The notes beneath the pieces are model-generated. The model did not search any database and was not told the DNA's origin. It saw only the letters and a program-made list of their open reading frames with translations. A stretch of DNA of 64,000 nt. It comes from an uncultured Bacillota bacterium (GTDB lineage Bacteria > Bacillota > Dehalobacteriia > UBA4068). Below, one piece after another: positions 9,272-19,838 of the stretch (its first letter is position 1; the number at the start of each line of letters is the position of its first letter). The position numbers and the translations under genes are program-made. The stretch spans positions 9,818 to 73,817 of the forward strand of contig CAKQQU010000001.1 of the NCBI GenBank assembly GCA_934271085.1, read 5' to 3'.

Positions 9272-10132
9272 GTGGAAATAAAAGAAACACCAGGGCAAAC
9301 CTTATTGACTTTGATCAGGGTGGTCATTTATGCTGTTGCCGCTTTATGCTCCTTTGGTATAAATGATCTTGCCGATTCTTTTTTTACAGCCATACGCAGC
9401 GGCGAGGGCCTTTTCCAAGTGGAGCAGGCCCAGCAACAGCCTCCGGCTTATGGTGAACCTTATATACTTTATTATGACCAGGATCTGGGTAATGATAACA
9501 AACGCCACGTTTACCGCCAGTACTATATTTTCGGCGGTAACGATGCGTACGGATTAAAAGATTCGGTAGGCAACCAGCTACTTCCCGCCGTTTATCAGGA
9601 TATCATTGTTTTGCCGGAAAGCTATTTGCTGCAGGAAAACGGATTGTGGCGTTTTTATTCTCATGATCTGGAGCTTTTAAGCGACGATGAATGGGAGGAT
9701 GTGGAGATTGCCAAAGATGAATCCGGCAAGATCAGCAGCGATCTGGTGAAGGTCTGTCGCGATGACCTTTACGGCGCTGCCGATCAGCAGGGAGAGATCA
9801 TGGTATCTCCCCGTTGGGAAAGCCTGGAGCTTTATGCCCTCGAGGCAGGCTGGCCCCTTATCAGGGTCAGCAGCGATGGCAAATACGGCTATATTGACAG
9901 GGATGGCAATGTGGTGATACGGGTTCGCTATGATTATGCTCAGATGGGAGAATATCTGGAAACAGACAGCGACGGCCAGCAAAGAGAGGTCACTGTCATT
10001 TATGTTTACCGGGATGAACAGTGGGGTGCTATTTTTAAAAGCCGCAACGGCGATCCTTCGGAAGTGAACTGGGATATAAGTCCCAGCGAGGAAATACTGG
10101 CGGATTGGCAAGCCATGGAAGAGGATCAATAA
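9272..10132 (+). CDS. WG-repeat (KWG-like) containing protein with N-terminal membrane anchor
   Basis: DGKYGYIDRDGNVVI-type WG repeats. Hydrophobic N-terminus. GTG start after AGGAGGG. Confidence 0.5.
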   Translation: MEIKETPGQTLLTLIRVVIYAVAALCSFGINDLADSFFTAIRSGEGLFQVEQAQQQPPAYGEPYILYYDQDLGNDNKRHVYRQYYIFGGNDAYGLKDSVGNQLLPAVYQDIIVLPESYLLQENGLWRFYSHDLELLSDDEWEDVEIAKDESGKISSDLVKVCRDDLYGAADQQGEIMVSPRWESLELYALEAGWPLIRVSSDGKYGYIDRDGNVVIRVRYDYAQMGEYLETDSDGQQREVTVIYVYRDEQWGAIFKSRNGDPSEVNWDISPSEEILADWQAMEEDQ

Positions 10133-10192
10133 GTATTGATCTTATCTTATTCATAATAACAGAAGCCACAGAAAATATTCTGTGGCTTTTTG

Positions 10193-10843
10193 CTACTCTT
10201 TTTCTGCCAGTTTCTTTTCCAGCTTGGCACAGCGCTTCTGCAGTATGTCTATGGCATCGTGGAGGCGGTGGAACTCTTTCATTACCGGGTCGGGCAGATT
10301 TATCTGATTAAGGTCTGTGGAAGGAATACGCTTACTGTCCTGTTTGACCATGCGTCCGGGAACGCCGGCAACGGTAGTATTGGGAGGCACTTCCTTCAGC
10401 ACCACAGAGTTGGCGCCTATCATGGAATTATCCCCAACTTTAAAGGGGCCCAGAACCTTTGCCCCTGCGCCTATCAGAACATTATTGCCTATGGTCGGAT
10501 GGCGTTTACCGGTATCTTTACCGGTACCCCCCAGGGTGACCCCATGATAAATTGTACAGTTGTCGCCTATCTCCGCTGTTTCGCCTATTACTATGCCCAT
10601 GCCGTGATCGATGAAAAGATTTTTGCCGATAGTAGCTCCGGGATGGATCTCGATACCGGTGAAATGACGGCCCAGCTGGGAAATTAGTCTGGCAAAGGTA
10701 TACCGGTGATGACGGTAGAGAAAGTGGGCGGGCTTATGCCATACCAGAGCATGAAAGCCTGCGTAAAGAAAGACCACAGAAAGAACGCTGGTAGCTGCAG
10801 GATCTTTTTGGGCAATATTTTTGGCGTCTGACCAAAGTGACAT
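10193..10843 (-). CDS. cysE: serine O-acetyltransferase
   Basis: Left-handed beta-helix hexapeptide repeats ([35 protein letters not shown]) and a CysE-like N-terminus. Confidence 0.85.
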   Translation of the reverse strand: MSLWSDAKNIAQKDPAATSVLSVVFLYAGFHALVWHKPAHFLYRHHRYTFARLISQLGRHFTGIEIHPGATIGKNLFIDHGMGIVIGETAEIGDNCTIYHGVTLGGTGKDTGKRHPTIGNNVLIGAGAKVLGPFKVGDNSMIGANSVVLKEVPPNTTVAGVPGRMVKQDSKRIPSTDLNQINLPDPVMKEFHRLHDAIDILQKRCAKLEKKLAEKE

Positions 10844-11081
10844 ATTTTTACCCCCTGTTATCTGGCGGCAATCCTTAGTAATATGCTAGGTTATTCTATT
10901 ATTATACTCAGCGTCTGACCAAATTGCAATCCCCGGTGATATTTTTCTGGAATAGCCCCGAGCCTTTTGCTTCCCAGATAATAAAGGATTTGCTGGTAAA
11001 CAGGCGAATATTAAACAAATCAGGAAATAATACTGATTGTCCGGTATTCTGCTCCCGGGCAATATGTAAGGAGGATATTAT

Positions 11082-11702
11082 ATGAGATGTATAGTTTGCG
11101 GTACTGAGATACCGGAAAACTGCGCCTTTTGCCCGGAATGCGGCGTTAAGGTGGAATCTATGGAAGCTGCTATACCTCAGCCGGGAGATTTTTCCGGGCA
11201 GGCTGCTGCTGTAACTTCTGCTGAGCAGGGTGAGTCTGCGCAACCTGTAGCCAGTCCCGGCGCTCCGGTGCCGCCGGTGGTAAATCCGGGTGCGCCAAAT
11301 GGTCAGCCGGTTTTGCAGCCGGTTTTCTTTGATGACAATTCCGCGCCTATCGTTACTACCGGTCATTGGCTCGTCACTTTGCTTTTATTGCTGGTGATTC
11401 CCCTTGTGGCAGGTATAGTGGCGGCCATTATCTCCAAGCTGATAAGCGGCAATATCGGCGTCCTGCCCAGCCTGGTAGCTGCCGTTATTGTTCTGGTGAT
11501 GGAGTTTATTTGGGCCTTCAGCAAAACTACCAATCCATCCAAACGTAATTTCTTCCGGGCCCAGCTTATTTATACGGCAATAATAATTGTGCTGACCATT
11601 ATTCTCATGCTGGTTTTAGGTGCCATGATGATGAACGGTGCCCTGGATCTTGGAGATTTGCAGTATTTTATTAAGCAGTATTTTATTAATATGATGGGAT
11701 AA
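11082..11702 (+). CDS. zinc-ribbon domain membrane protein (N-terminal CxxC...CxxC, Pro-rich linker, 3-4 TM helices)
   Basis: MRCIVCGTEIPENCAFCPECG zinc ribbon. RBS GTAAGGAGG. Confidence 0.55.
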   Translation: MRCIVCGTEIPENCAFCPECGVKVESMEAAIPQPGDFSGQAAAVTSAEQGESAQPVASPGAPVPPVVNPGAPNGQPVLQPVFFDDNSAPIVTTGHWLVTLLLLLVIPLVAGIVAAIISKLISGNIGVLPSLVAAVIVLVMEFIWAFSKTTNPSKRNFFRAQLIYTAIIIVLTIILMLVLGAMMMNGALDLGDLQYFIKQYFINMMG

Positions 11703-11751
11703 TATGTAGTAATATATCCTGCAGTTGAAAACTGGCTGAGGGAGGAGCTTG

Positions 11752-13053
11752 ATGGTTCAGAAAATTATTGTGATCGGCGGAGGGATTGCAGGTCTTTCCG
11801 CAGCACAGGCCGCACGGGAAACTGATCCTGCAGCTAGGATACATCTTATTTGCGGTGAAAAGCGGTTGCCATATTACCGGACCAGGATCTGCGAGATCTT
11901 TTCCGGTCTTGACCCCGATAAGCTGGTGGTCCGTAATTTTCAGTGGTTTATAGACGCCGATATAGATGTGGTGATGGCTTTCGTTACATCAGTAAATTCC
12001 GAAACACGGCAGGTGCGTTTTTCTGACGGCAGTTATCTTTATTACGATAAACTGATCATTACTACCGGCGCTAATGGCAATCTGCCGCCTGCCAGAGGTA
12101 ATGATTCTCCCAATGTGGTGCCGCTGCGGAAGATGGCCGATATAGGGAAAATCCAGTCTTTTACCGGGCCGGTGGTTGTTGTGGGGGACGGCTTGTTAGG
12201 TCTGGAAGCCGCCTGGCATCTTTCCCGGGAAGGACGCTCCGTAGTGATAGTAGGCAGAGGCGACCGTTTGCTTTCCCGGCAGCTTGATAAGGAAAGCAGT
12301 AGTTTCTTCCTGAATATTGTGGAAAAAGCCGGTATCAGGGTAGCTTTACGGGGCGATCTGGAAGCTATTGAGGATGGCCAGGCTATTTTGGCTGACGGAA
12401 GAGGATTTGACGCTGCGGCAGTGGTCTTTGCCGCCGGTATCAAAAGCGATATCACTTTGGCTAATCGTATGGGCCTGTTTTGCAACAGGGGAATTGTGGT
12501 AGACGAGCATATGCATACCAATCTGCCGGATATTTGGGCTGCAGGCGACTGCGCGGAATATGAAGGCCGGGTATATGGTCAATGGAAGGTTTCCATGGCT
12601 CAGGGAAGCGTGGCAGGCGCATGTGCCGCAGGCGCTGACAAGAGCTATGAGCCGGATCAGCCGGCTTATCTGATGAACGCCATGGGAACCAAAGTCTGGA
12701 GCAGCGGTGATATCGATGCCGCAGACAGCCTTTGCGAAAAAGATACCCATAAGGGCAATCTGATAAAGCTGTTTTTTGCTGATGGTATTCTTGCAGGCGC
12801 AGAGCTGATAGGGGATACTGCAAAAATGCTGGGACTGAAAAAAGCTATTGATCAGGGTATCAGCAGGGATAAAGCTATTGAACAATTTTTGAATATAAAA
12901 CAGGAGGAAATAAAAATGCAGAAATACGAATGCAAAATATGCGGTTATGTTTATGACCCGGCGGAAAATGATGGAGTTCCCTTTGAGCAGTTGCCTGATG
13001 ATTGGGTATGCCCCCTTTGCGGTGTAGGCAAGTCTGAATTTGAGGCCCAATAG
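11752..13053 (+). CDS. NAD(P)H:rubredoxin oxidoreductase (FAD pyridine nucleotide-disulfide oxidoreductase) fused in-frame to a C-terminal rubredoxin domain
   Basis: GGGIAG FAD motif and a second Rossmann motif (VVVGDGLLG). C-terminal [15 protein letters not shown]...[10 protein letters not shown] rubredoxin. An internal AGGAGG sits 8 nt before the rubredoxin Met (12916), with no stop between the domains. Confidence 0.75.
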   Translation: MVQKIIVIGGGIAGLSAAQAARETDPAARIHLICGEKRLPYYRTRICEIFSGLDPDKLVVRNFQWFIDADIDVVMAFVTSVNSETRQVRFSDGSYLYYDKLIITTGANGNLPPARGNDSPNVVPLRKMADIGKIQSFTGPVVVVGDGLLGLEAAWHLSREGRSVVIVGRGDRLLSRQLDKESSSFFLNIVEKAGIRVALRGDLEAIEDGQAILADGRGFDAAAVVFAAGIKSDITLANRMGLFCNRGIVVDEHMHTNLPDIWAAGDCAEYEGRVYGQWKVSMAQGSVAGACAAGADKSYEPDQPAYLMNAMGTKVWSSGDIDAADSLCEKDTHKGNLIKLFFADGILAGAELIGDTAKMLGLKKAIDQGISRDKAIEQFLNIKQEEIKMQKYECKICGYVYDPAENDGVPFEQLPDDWVCPLCGVGKSEFEAQ

Positions 13054-13091
13054 CCCATAATAAAACGGGCTCCAACCCTTTGCTGCATATA

Positions 13092-13132
13092 AAAAGAGGA
13101 GGTCTTTTTAAAAGGCCTCCTCTTTTATTTTG
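13092..13132. terminator. bidirectional terminator between rubredoxin-fusion gene and HAD hydrolase gene
   Basis: AAAAAGAGGAGGTC-TTTTTAAAA-GGCCTCCTCTTTT. Confidence 0.75.
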
Positions 13133-13151
13133 ATCTGCCTAACTAAGCAGA

Positions 13152-13787
13152 TCAAACCAGTGATAACAGCAGTTTTCGCAGCTGGTCTGCATCATGGCAG
13201 ATATAGTCCGCGCCTATTTCCCGGAAAGCCTTTTCACTGCTGGCCCCCCAGGTAACACCTACGGTATCCATACCGGCATTTTTGCCGCATGCTATATCGT
13301 GTATGCTGTCGCCGATAAAATAGCATTCCCCGGGCGGGGTAGCCAGTTCTTCCGCAGCGCCCAGAGCAGGTCCTGCTTCGGGCTTGCAGCCATAACCGCT
13401 TTCGCAGTTGATTATTGCTGAAAAGTATTTTTTGAGCCCGATCTTCTCCAGGCTTTCATGGGCGGGCTGGCGGCGTTTGGAGGTACATACCCCCAGGGCG
13501 GCGCCTGCTGCTTCCAGATCGGACAGCATTCTGTCCATGCCGGGGAAAGCCTGCAGATCAAAAACTGTTTTGGCATATGTTTCCATATAGGCGTCGGCAT
13601 ATTCCCGGCCCCTGCCGGGTCCCAGCAGATCCTCACCGGTCTGGATCAAAGGTATGCCCACATACTCGATGATAGTATCTTCACTGACTGTTTTGCCCAA
13701 CCGGGCAAAGCTGCGTTTGGCCACATCCAGAATATTGGGGATGCTGTCTGCCAATGTACCGTCCAGATCAAAGATAAAAGCAGTCAT
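13152..13787 (-). CDS. HAD-IA family hydrolase (phosphoglycolate phosphatase-like)
   Basis: FIFDLDGTLADS motif I and a motif IV DxxxD-like signature (GDSIHD). Confidence 0.75.
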   Translation of the reverse strand: MTAFIFDLDGTLADSIPNILDVAKRSFARLGKTVSEDTIIEYVGIPLIQTGEDLLGPGRGREYADAYMETYAKTVFDLQAFPGMDRMLSDLEAAGAALGVCTSKRRQPAHESLEKIGLKKYFSAIINCESGYGCKPEAGPALGAAEELATPPGECYFIGDSIHDIACGKNAGMDTVGVTWGASSEKAFREIGADYICHDADQLRKLLLSLV

Positions 13788-13847
13788 GTTTATTCCTTTT
13801 CATTTGTTGCAGTATATATATTATCAAAATATGCAGCATCCGCAGTT

Positions 13848-15014
13848 TTATGCCTGTTTATTCAAATATGCCGCAATAGTTGCATTGTAGACCTGCTTGA
13901 AAGTGGTATTGTGCTGCTGGGCTGCCAAAGCAACTTCATCAGCCTCCGGGGCTGCTGTATCGCCGCTGATCTTAATGCTTATATTGCCGTAAGGGGTGGA
14001 AACCTTTTCCCAGCGGCGGGGCATTATCAGCCTTTGCTTGCTTTCTACGCGCAGGCCTATGGTACTGGTATGCTTAAAAACCAGGTCGGCGAATTTCTCT
14101 GCCTGCCCTTTGGGTACTATCATTTCCAACTGCCAGCCGGGCCGGCCTTTTTTCATCAGCATAGGCAGGTAACTCATATCCAGTGCTCCCAGCTCAGCCG
14201 ATTTTCCCCACAGTTGTCCCAATAATTCTCCGCTGGCGTCGTCTATATTGGTAGTTAGCACATCTACTGTGTCATGGGCAAATTTTTGGGGATAAGAGCC
14301 TGTTTCTCCCAGCATTGCCCGAAGAATATTTGGCTGACAGGAAAAGTCTTTGGTTCCCGCGCCGCAGCCTATATTAAGCAGGGTAAAATCCGGCTTCTCC
14401 TGTATGGCGCCGCTGCCCCGCAGAATGGCTGCCCCGGTAGGGGTAATAGTCTCGCCGGTGACAGGGCTGGCGAAAAGCTGCCATCCCTGCAGCAGGATAG
14501 CAGCCGCAGGGGCGGGAACAGGCAGGCGGCCATGTTCGCAATCCACAAATCCTGAGGAAAGGGGAAGCGGGGAAAAATATATCTGTTCTATATCCAGCAT
14601 ATCGATGGCCAGCGCAGCACCGCAAATATCCAGCAGGGAATCCACGGCTCCCGCTTCATGAAAATGTACATCGTCCACAGGGCAGCCATGGGCTTTTGCT
14701 TCGGCCTCTGCCAGACAGGCGAATATATCCAGGGCCAGCTTTTTGCCACGCGCCGGCCAGTCCATAGGTTCAATCATTTCCCTGATGCTTCGATAGGAGC
14801 GGTGATGATGCTGGTGGGGAAAAGTGAAGTCCAGATGCAGGCCGCTGATTCCATGCCTGCTGACGTCAGCCAGCTCCATTTGCCAATCATGCAAAGGCAG
14901 CTTGCTCAATTCTCTAAGCAGAATATCTTTTTCTGCGCCCAACTGCAGCATAGCTGCTAAAAACATATCTCCCGCAATACCGCTGGCACAATCCAGATAA
15001 AGTATTTTGTTCAT
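13848..15014 (-). CDS. larC: nickel-pincer cofactor biosynthesis protein LarC (DUF111 nickel insertion CTP-dependent enzyme)
   Basis: N-terminus MNKILYLDCASGIAGDMFLAAMLQLGA is typical of LarC/DUF111. 388 aa. Confidence 0.75.
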   Translation of the reverse strand: MNKILYLDCASGIAGDMFLAAMLQLGAEKDILLRELSKLPLHDWQMELADVSRHGISGLHLDFTFPHQHHHRSYRSIREMIEPMDWPARGKKLALDIFACLAEAEAKAHGCPVDDVHFHEAGAVDSLLDICGAALAIDMLDIEQIYFSPLPLSSGFVDCEHGRLPVPAPAAAILLQGWQLFASPVTGETITPTGAAILRGSGAIQEKPDFTLLNIGCGAGTKDFSCQPNILRAMLGETGSYPQKFAHDTVDVLTTNIDDASGELLGQLWGKSAELGALDMSYLPMLMKKGRPGWQLEMIVPKGQAEKFADLVFKHTSTIGLRVESKQRLIMPRRWEKVSTPYGNISIKISGDTAAPEADEVALAAQQHNTTFKQVYNATIAAYLNKQA

Positions 15015-15877
15015 GCTTTCCCCTTTATTTTATGTTTTCTTTGGGAGGTTTTATCGTAGCTGCCGCTGACAAGTCCCGCCAGATCCAGGCATACGTAATT
15101 AAATCCCACCTGCTGTAATTGATCGGTGATCTCTTTTCTGTGCTCCATGACCAGTATCTCCTCCTGGGGATCAATTTCCAGGCGGGCCAGATCTCCATGT
15201 ACCCGCAGGCGCAAATTATCCATTCCCAGCTGTCTTAAAACTGATTCGCCATCCTCCGCCATTTCCAGTGCCTTTTTCGTGATAAGCGTATTGTAAGGGA
15301 AACGGCTGATAAGGCAGGGCGAGGCGGGCCGGTTATAATTACGCAGACCCAGTTCTTTGCTTTGGGCCCGGATATCTTCTTTAGTGAATCCGGCATCTAT
15401 CAGTGGATGGAGCACGCCCGTTTCATCTGCGGCTTTGGTTCCCGGGCGATAGACGTCAGGAGCTATATCATCCATATTGCAGCCGTCGGCAATATAATGG
15501 TATCCCTGCTCCCTCGCCAGATCAGCCGCAGCCTCATAAAGGGCTTTCTTGCAAAAATAGCAGCGGCTTTCTTCATTATTTAAAACCTGGGGGATATTAA
15601 GGGTGTTAAGCTCCAATATCTGATGGGAAAGCGCCAGTTCCCTGCCTATAGCTGCCGCCTCGGTAAGGTCGCGGCGGGCTATTGTGGGAGTCATAAAAGT
15701 AAGAAGAAGCGGTTGGCAGCCTGCTTCTTTGGCCGAGGCTGCAAGCATGGTGCTGTCTACACCGCCGGAAAAGCAGATGACCAGGCCGTCTTTTCCAAGT
15801 TTTTGCAGATCAAGGCAAAGCTTATTGAATTTTTTTTGCAGGGTGGCATTGGTAAGGTTCTTGTTCATTTTACTCAT
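15011..15877 (-). CDS. larE: ATP-dependent sacrificial sulfur transferase LarE (PP-loop ATP pyrophosphatase)
   Basis: SGGVDS PP-loop plus the conserved PASPCLISR cysteine motif. ATGA overlap with larC. Confidence 0.75.
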   Translation of the reverse strand: MSKMNKNLTNATLQKKFNKLCLDLQKLGKDGLVICFSGGVDSTMLAASAKEAGCQPLLLTFMTPTIARRDLTEAAAIGRELALSHQILELNTLNIPQVLNNEESRCYFCKKALYEAAADLAREQGYHYIADGCNMDDIAPDVYRPGTKAADETGVLHPLIDAGFTKEDIRAQSKELGLRNYNRPASPCLISRFPYNTLITKKALEMAEDGESVLRQLGMDNLRLRVHGDLARLEIDPQEEILVMEHRKEITDQLQQVGFNYVCLDLAGLVSGSYDKTSQRKHKIKGKA

Positions 15878-15879
15878 TC

Positions 15880-17709
15880 CTATTCGTTTTCCAGAGTTTT
15901 GGTCATGGCTGTAAAAATATCCAGGGCTTTTTTCAGCGGTTGGGTATCAGTCATATCTACTCCTGCCGCTTTCAGCAGATCAATAGGATCAGCGCTGCTT
16001 CCGGAGGAAAGAAAATGCAGGTAACGGTTGCGGGCTTCTTCTGCTTTAGCCGGGTCTTCAGCCAGCAGCCCGGCGGCCAGGGCGCTGGCTGCGCAAAAGC
16101 CTGTGGCATATTTATAAACATAATAGGCTCTGTAAAAATGGGGTATGCGCATCCATTCTTTGGAAATCCGCTGGTCTACATCTACCTGGGGCCCGAAATA
16201 ATCCAGGTTAAGCTGATAATAAATCTCGTCCATCTGGCGGGCGGTCAGTGATTCGCCGTTTTGGGCCAACAGATGTATTTTCAGCTCGAATTCGGCAAAC
16301 ATGGTTTGGCGGAATACCGTTCCCCGGAATTCTTCCAGATAATGGTTTACCAGATAATGCATTTCGTCTTTGCTGGCAGCATTTTTCAGCAGATAATCCA
16401 CAAGCAGGTTTTCATTTACCGTGCTGGCTACTTCCGCGACAAAGATGCGGTAATCGCTGTAAATATAGGGCTGATGACGGCGGGAATAAAGGGAATGCAT
16501 GGAATGGCCGGCCTCATGAGCCAAAGTGAAAACGCTGCTGAGGTTCTCCTTATAGTTCAGCAATATATAGGGATCAGTGCCATATACTCCTGATGAATAG
16601 GCTCCGGAGCTTTTACCTTTCGTCTCATAAACATCGACCCAGCCGTTATCTATGCCTTGCCGCAGTTCTCTGGTATATTCTTCGCCCAGAGGATAAAGTG
16701 CCTTTTCTACGATATTCTTAGCTTCCTGCCAGCTAAAGGTAAGCGGTAATTCCGGATATAACGGTACATACAGATCGTACATAGCCAGCTTATCAAGTCC
16801 CAGACGGCGGCGGCGTACTTCCAGATACCGCTGAAAAGCCGGCAAATAACTGCGCACGGTGGCAATAAGCTGATGATAAACATCCTGGGGGATATTATCC
16901 CCATCCAAAGACGCGGCCAAGGCATTTTCGTAACCCCGGGCACGGGCATAAAAGTTGTCTTTTTTTACCGAAGAACTGAGAGTGGCGCCAATGGTATTGG
17001 TATATTTGCCATAGGTATCATACAGCGCTTCATAAGCATTACGCCTTAACTGGCGGTCGGTAGATTGCAGCAGCAGAATATAATTGCCGGAAGAAAGCTG
17101 TATGCTTTTTCCGTTGCTGTCGGTCACCTGGGGGAATTCTATATCCGCATCGGTAAGCATGGAGTAAATGGTATCAAAGCTGCCTGCCATTTCTCCTGCT
17201 CCTGCCAGCAGTTTTTCCTGATCGGGGCTGAGGGTATGGGGTCTCATCCTGGTAATATCATTGATATAGCGCCTGTATATGCCAAGATCTTCCCGTTCCA
17301 GCCAGGACTGCAGCTTTTTCTCATCCATGGCCAGTATCTCCGGGGAGAAGAAAGAGAGCAGGACAGATGCTTCCACCGCAACTGATTCAGCGGCGCTGCG
17401 CATGGCCTGCGCTGCAGGATCGCCGTTATCTTCATCCTGCCTCATAGCGGCATAGACATAGACTTTTTCGATAAGCTGGGAAAGCTTTTCGTCCCAAGTC
17501 AGAAAATCCCTTAATTTTTCGGGGCTTTCAGCCAAATGCCCCTGAAACTCCTTTGCCTGGGGAAGCAGGGATTTTATTTTTTCCAGATCAGCCTTCCAGG
17601 AAGCTTCATCTGCATATATTTTATCTATGCGCCATTTATATTCCGGGGCTATTTTATCTCTGGTAGGTATTTTATCGCTCATGGGTATCCTCTTTTTACT
17701 GTTGATCAT
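15880..17709 (-). CDS. pepF: oligoendopeptidase F (M3B family)
   Basis: 609 aa with the HEAGHSMHS zincin motif. Confidence 0.85.
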   Translation of the reverse strand: MINSKKRIPMSDKIPTRDKIAPEYKWRIDKIYADEASWKADLEKIKSLLPQAKEFQGHLAESPEKLRDFLTWDEKLSQLIEKVYVYAAMRQDEDNGDPAAQAMRSAAESVAVEASVLLSFFSPEILAMDEKKLQSWLEREDLGIYRRYINDITRMRPHTLSPDQEKLLAGAGEMAGSFDTIYSMLTDADIEFPQVTDSNGKSIQLSSGNYILLLQSTDRQLRRNAYEALYDTYGKYTNTIGATLSSSVKKDNFYARARGYENALAASLDGDNIPQDVYHQLIATVRSYLPAFQRYLEVRRRRLGLDKLAMYDLYVPLYPELPLTFSWQEAKNIVEKALYPLGEEYTRELRQGIDNGWVDVYETKGKSSGAYSSGVYGTDPYILLNYKENLSSVFTLAHEAGHSMHSLYSRRHQPYIYSDYRIFVAEVASTVNENLLVDYLLKNAASKDEMHYLVNHYLEEFRGTVFRQTMFAEFELKIHLLAQNGESLTARQMDEIYYQLNLDYFGPQVDVDQRISKEWMRIPHFYRAYYVYKYATGFCAASALAAGLLAEDPAKAEEARNRYLHFLSSGSSADPIDLLKAAGVDMTDTQPLKKALDIFTAMTKTLENE

Positions 17710-19804
17710 TGCCGCGGGAATTTATTTTTTCCTGTATTGATTTATCTGCTTCCGCTGCCTCCGCAAAGATCCGCTCTTCCAGTGCTTTTACATTTGCCAG
17801 AATGTCTTCCAGCGAGATCGTATTCTCGCTGACTGCATCCGCAGGCTGCTGCGGTTTTGCCGCAAAGCTGTTTTCTGCAGTTGCGGTAGCCGGGGCATTG
17901 TGGACATTGGCGGCCGGATTATCATTTGATTTGCCGGTTTCCGTGTTTTCCGCAGCAGGCTGACTGCTCTCTTTGTTGGCTGCTGCCCTTTCGCAAATGG
18001 CGTTCTTGGCTTTATCGCGTTCCCGCCAGAGCCCCCTGGCAGCAGCTGCGGCATATGCATTAGCAGTGCTGGCACGATAAGCAGCTACCACATCAGGGTC
18101 GGGTTGACTATTAATAATAGGATGTGGCGTTACTGTGCTTTGCTGTGCGTATTCGCCTTTTACGGGAGCGGTGTCGCCGCTGTTATGATTCCAGAATTTT
18201 TCCTCATCTGTATTTTCTTTTTGATCCACCGGTTTTTCAGAAGCATTTTTTTCCAAATCTGCCAGCTCGTTAATGGCAGCCCCGCAAATAATGCAGAATG
18301 CAAATTCCGGCTGCAGCGGAGAGCCGCATACCGGACAGAATTTGTAGTTGTGTCCGGATCCTGCGTCTGCGATATCCTTGGGGAAATTATGTTCTTTAGT
18401 TTCTTCCGCAGGAAGGGAAGTTATGCCCGGCTCTGCTTTTGCGTCAGCATTTTCAGTCAGCGCTGAGATGGCAGCAGCATTCTGCAGTGCAGCTTCCTGT
18501 TTGGCTGCTTCTTTGGCAGCTTTGCGGCGGGCAAAAAAGCCTTTTTTATGTACAGGCTCGTCTTCTACTGCAGGCTGGGCTTCTGCTGCAGGCTCTGCCT
18601 CTGCCGCAGGCTGGGCTTCTACTGCAGGCTCTGCCTCTTCTGCAGGCTGGGCTTCTGCCGCAGGCTGGGCCTCTGCCACAGGCTGGGCCTCTGCCACAGG
18701 CTCGTCTTCTACTGCAGGTTCGGCTTCTGCTGCAGGCTCGTCTTCTACTGCAGGTTCGGCTTCTGCTGCAGGCTGGGCTTCTGCTGCAGGCTGCGCTTCT
18801 TCTGCAGGCTCGGCTTCTACTGCAGGTTCGGCTTCTGCTGCAGGCTCGTCTTCTACTGCAGGCTGGGCTTCTGCCGCAGGCTGGGCTTCCGGTTGGATGC
18901 GGGTGCCGCAGATAATACAGAAAGCACAATCAGATTCCAGACGGGCGCCGCATTCACGGCAAAGCCGTTCCGGATCATCCCGAAGGATCAGGGGCGGATC
19001 AGCTTCCTTTGTATCAGTCTCCTGCTGAGGTTCTGGATTTGTTTCAGGGGAGGTTATATCTTCGGTAACAAGGGTCTGAGCTGCTTCAGATACTTCTGCA
19101 GATTCCTCTTTATCAGAAATTTCATCGGGTATAAATTCTTCGGCGGCAGTTTGGCTGATAGTAGATCCTTCTGTATTTTCTGCGGGTTTTTCCTGCACGG
19201 GGTATTCGACTATAGCCGGTTCCTGCCAGAAATTATAAGCAGGAGCTGCCATTATTTTTTCCAGATCAAGGCTGTCCTTGTCGTCTGCATCCGGAGTTTC
19301 TTCCGCCTCGGCCGGTTCATTGTCAATATTTTCCTGTTCTGGGGAAGCTGTGGCGCTGGGTTCATTCGAAAAAACTTCGGTGGTATCTTCCTGCAGAATA
19401 GTGTTTTCCTGTGTGATATTTATATCAGACGTCTCTTCCTGGGGCTCATGCTCCATAGCCAAATCTTCCAAGGCTATTCTTTGCAGATCCGGAATAACTG
19501 TGGTAGTGCCCATTATATCCTGCTCGGTATTGTTTTCTTCGGGAGTGTTGTCGGCAGAATCTCCTGATTTTGTCAGTTCGCTGTTGACAAAAGCGGCTAT
19601 TTCCGCTCTTTCCTCATCGGATTTGGCGTTTTGATAAAGGCTGATTATGGCCGGATCGCCATATTCTTCCACAGCCTTTTCCCATTGATATCGGGGGGAG
19701 GCTGCCAGTTCCTTTTGCCCGGCCTTTTTAAAAAGGGCCAGCAACAGGATAATGGCAAGGATTCCGATTACCAGATAGATCACAGGAAGTAAGAAATTTA
19801 ACAT
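17696..19804 (-). CDS. membrane-anchored double zinc-ribbon protein with long acidic (P/A/E/Q) octapeptide repeat region
   Basis: N-terminal TM helix. Two CxxC-x(10-12)-CxxC zinc ribbons ([19 protein letters not shown] and [19 protein letters not shown]). About 20 copies of [24 protein letters not shown]. Confidence 0.55.
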   Translation of the reverse strand: MLNFLLPVIYLVIGILAIILLLALFKKAGQKELAASPRYQWEKAVEEYGDPAIISLYQNAKSDEERAEIAAFVNSELTKSGDSADNTPEENNTEQDIMGTTTVIPDLQRIALEDLAMEHEPQEETSDINITQENTILQEDTTEVFSNEPSATASPEQENIDNEPAEAEETPDADDKDSLDLEKIMAAPAYNFWQEPAIVEYPVQEKPAENTEGSTISQTAAEEFIPDEISDKEESAEVSEAAQTLVTEDITSPETNPEPQQETDTKEADPPLILRDDPERLCRECGARLESDCAFCIICGTRIQPEAQPAAEAQPAVEDEPAAEAEPAVEAEPAEEAQPAAEAQPAAEAEPAVEDEPAAEAEPAVEDEPVAEAQPVAEAQPAAEAQPAEEAEPAVEAQPAAEAEPAAEAQPAVEDEPVHKKGFFARRKAAKEAAKQEAALQNAAAISALTENADAKAEPGITSLPAEETKEHNFPKDIADAGSGHNYKFCPVCGSPLQPEFAFCIICGAAINELADLEKNASEKPVDQKENTDEEKFWNHNSGDTAPVKGEYAQQSTVTPHPIINSQPDPDVVAAYRASTANAYAAAAARGLWRERDKAKNAICERAAANKESSQPAAENTETGKSNDNPAANVHNAPATATAENSFAAKPQQPADAVSENTISLEDILANVKALEERIFAEAAEADKSIQEKINSRGNDQQ
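18556..18893. repeat. tandem array of ~24-bp repeats (CTGCAGGCTGGGCTTCTG... family) encoding the PAxEA octapeptide repeats
   Basis: Directly visible near-identical 24-nt units. They produce several spurious long ORFs on both strands. Confidence 0.8.
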
Positions 19805-19838
19805 AATAGACCTCCGTTATGTTGGATTGCAATAGGAA

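Noticed and set aside
9048-9290. 80-aa minus-strand ORF containing DDDIMLLYPDDDIMLLY
   Set aside because: The repeated peptide is simply the translation of the 27-bp tandem DNA duplication in a promoter region. No RBS.
10844-11081. Possible T-box leader upstream of cysE, and the 152-aa minus ORF spanning it
   Set aside because: Reverse-complement inspection did not show the T-box consensus (AATTAGGGTGGTACCGCG-like) or an obvious specifier/terminator arrangement. The ORF has a basic low-complexity translation and no RBS.
18348-19634. Several overlapping ORFs on both strands through the 24-bp repeat array (226, 158, 127, 339 and 118 aa)
   Set aside because: They are frame artefacts of the tandem repeat (poly-LLLQA, RRRACS translations) and are all internal to the 702-aa zinc-ribbon protein gene.
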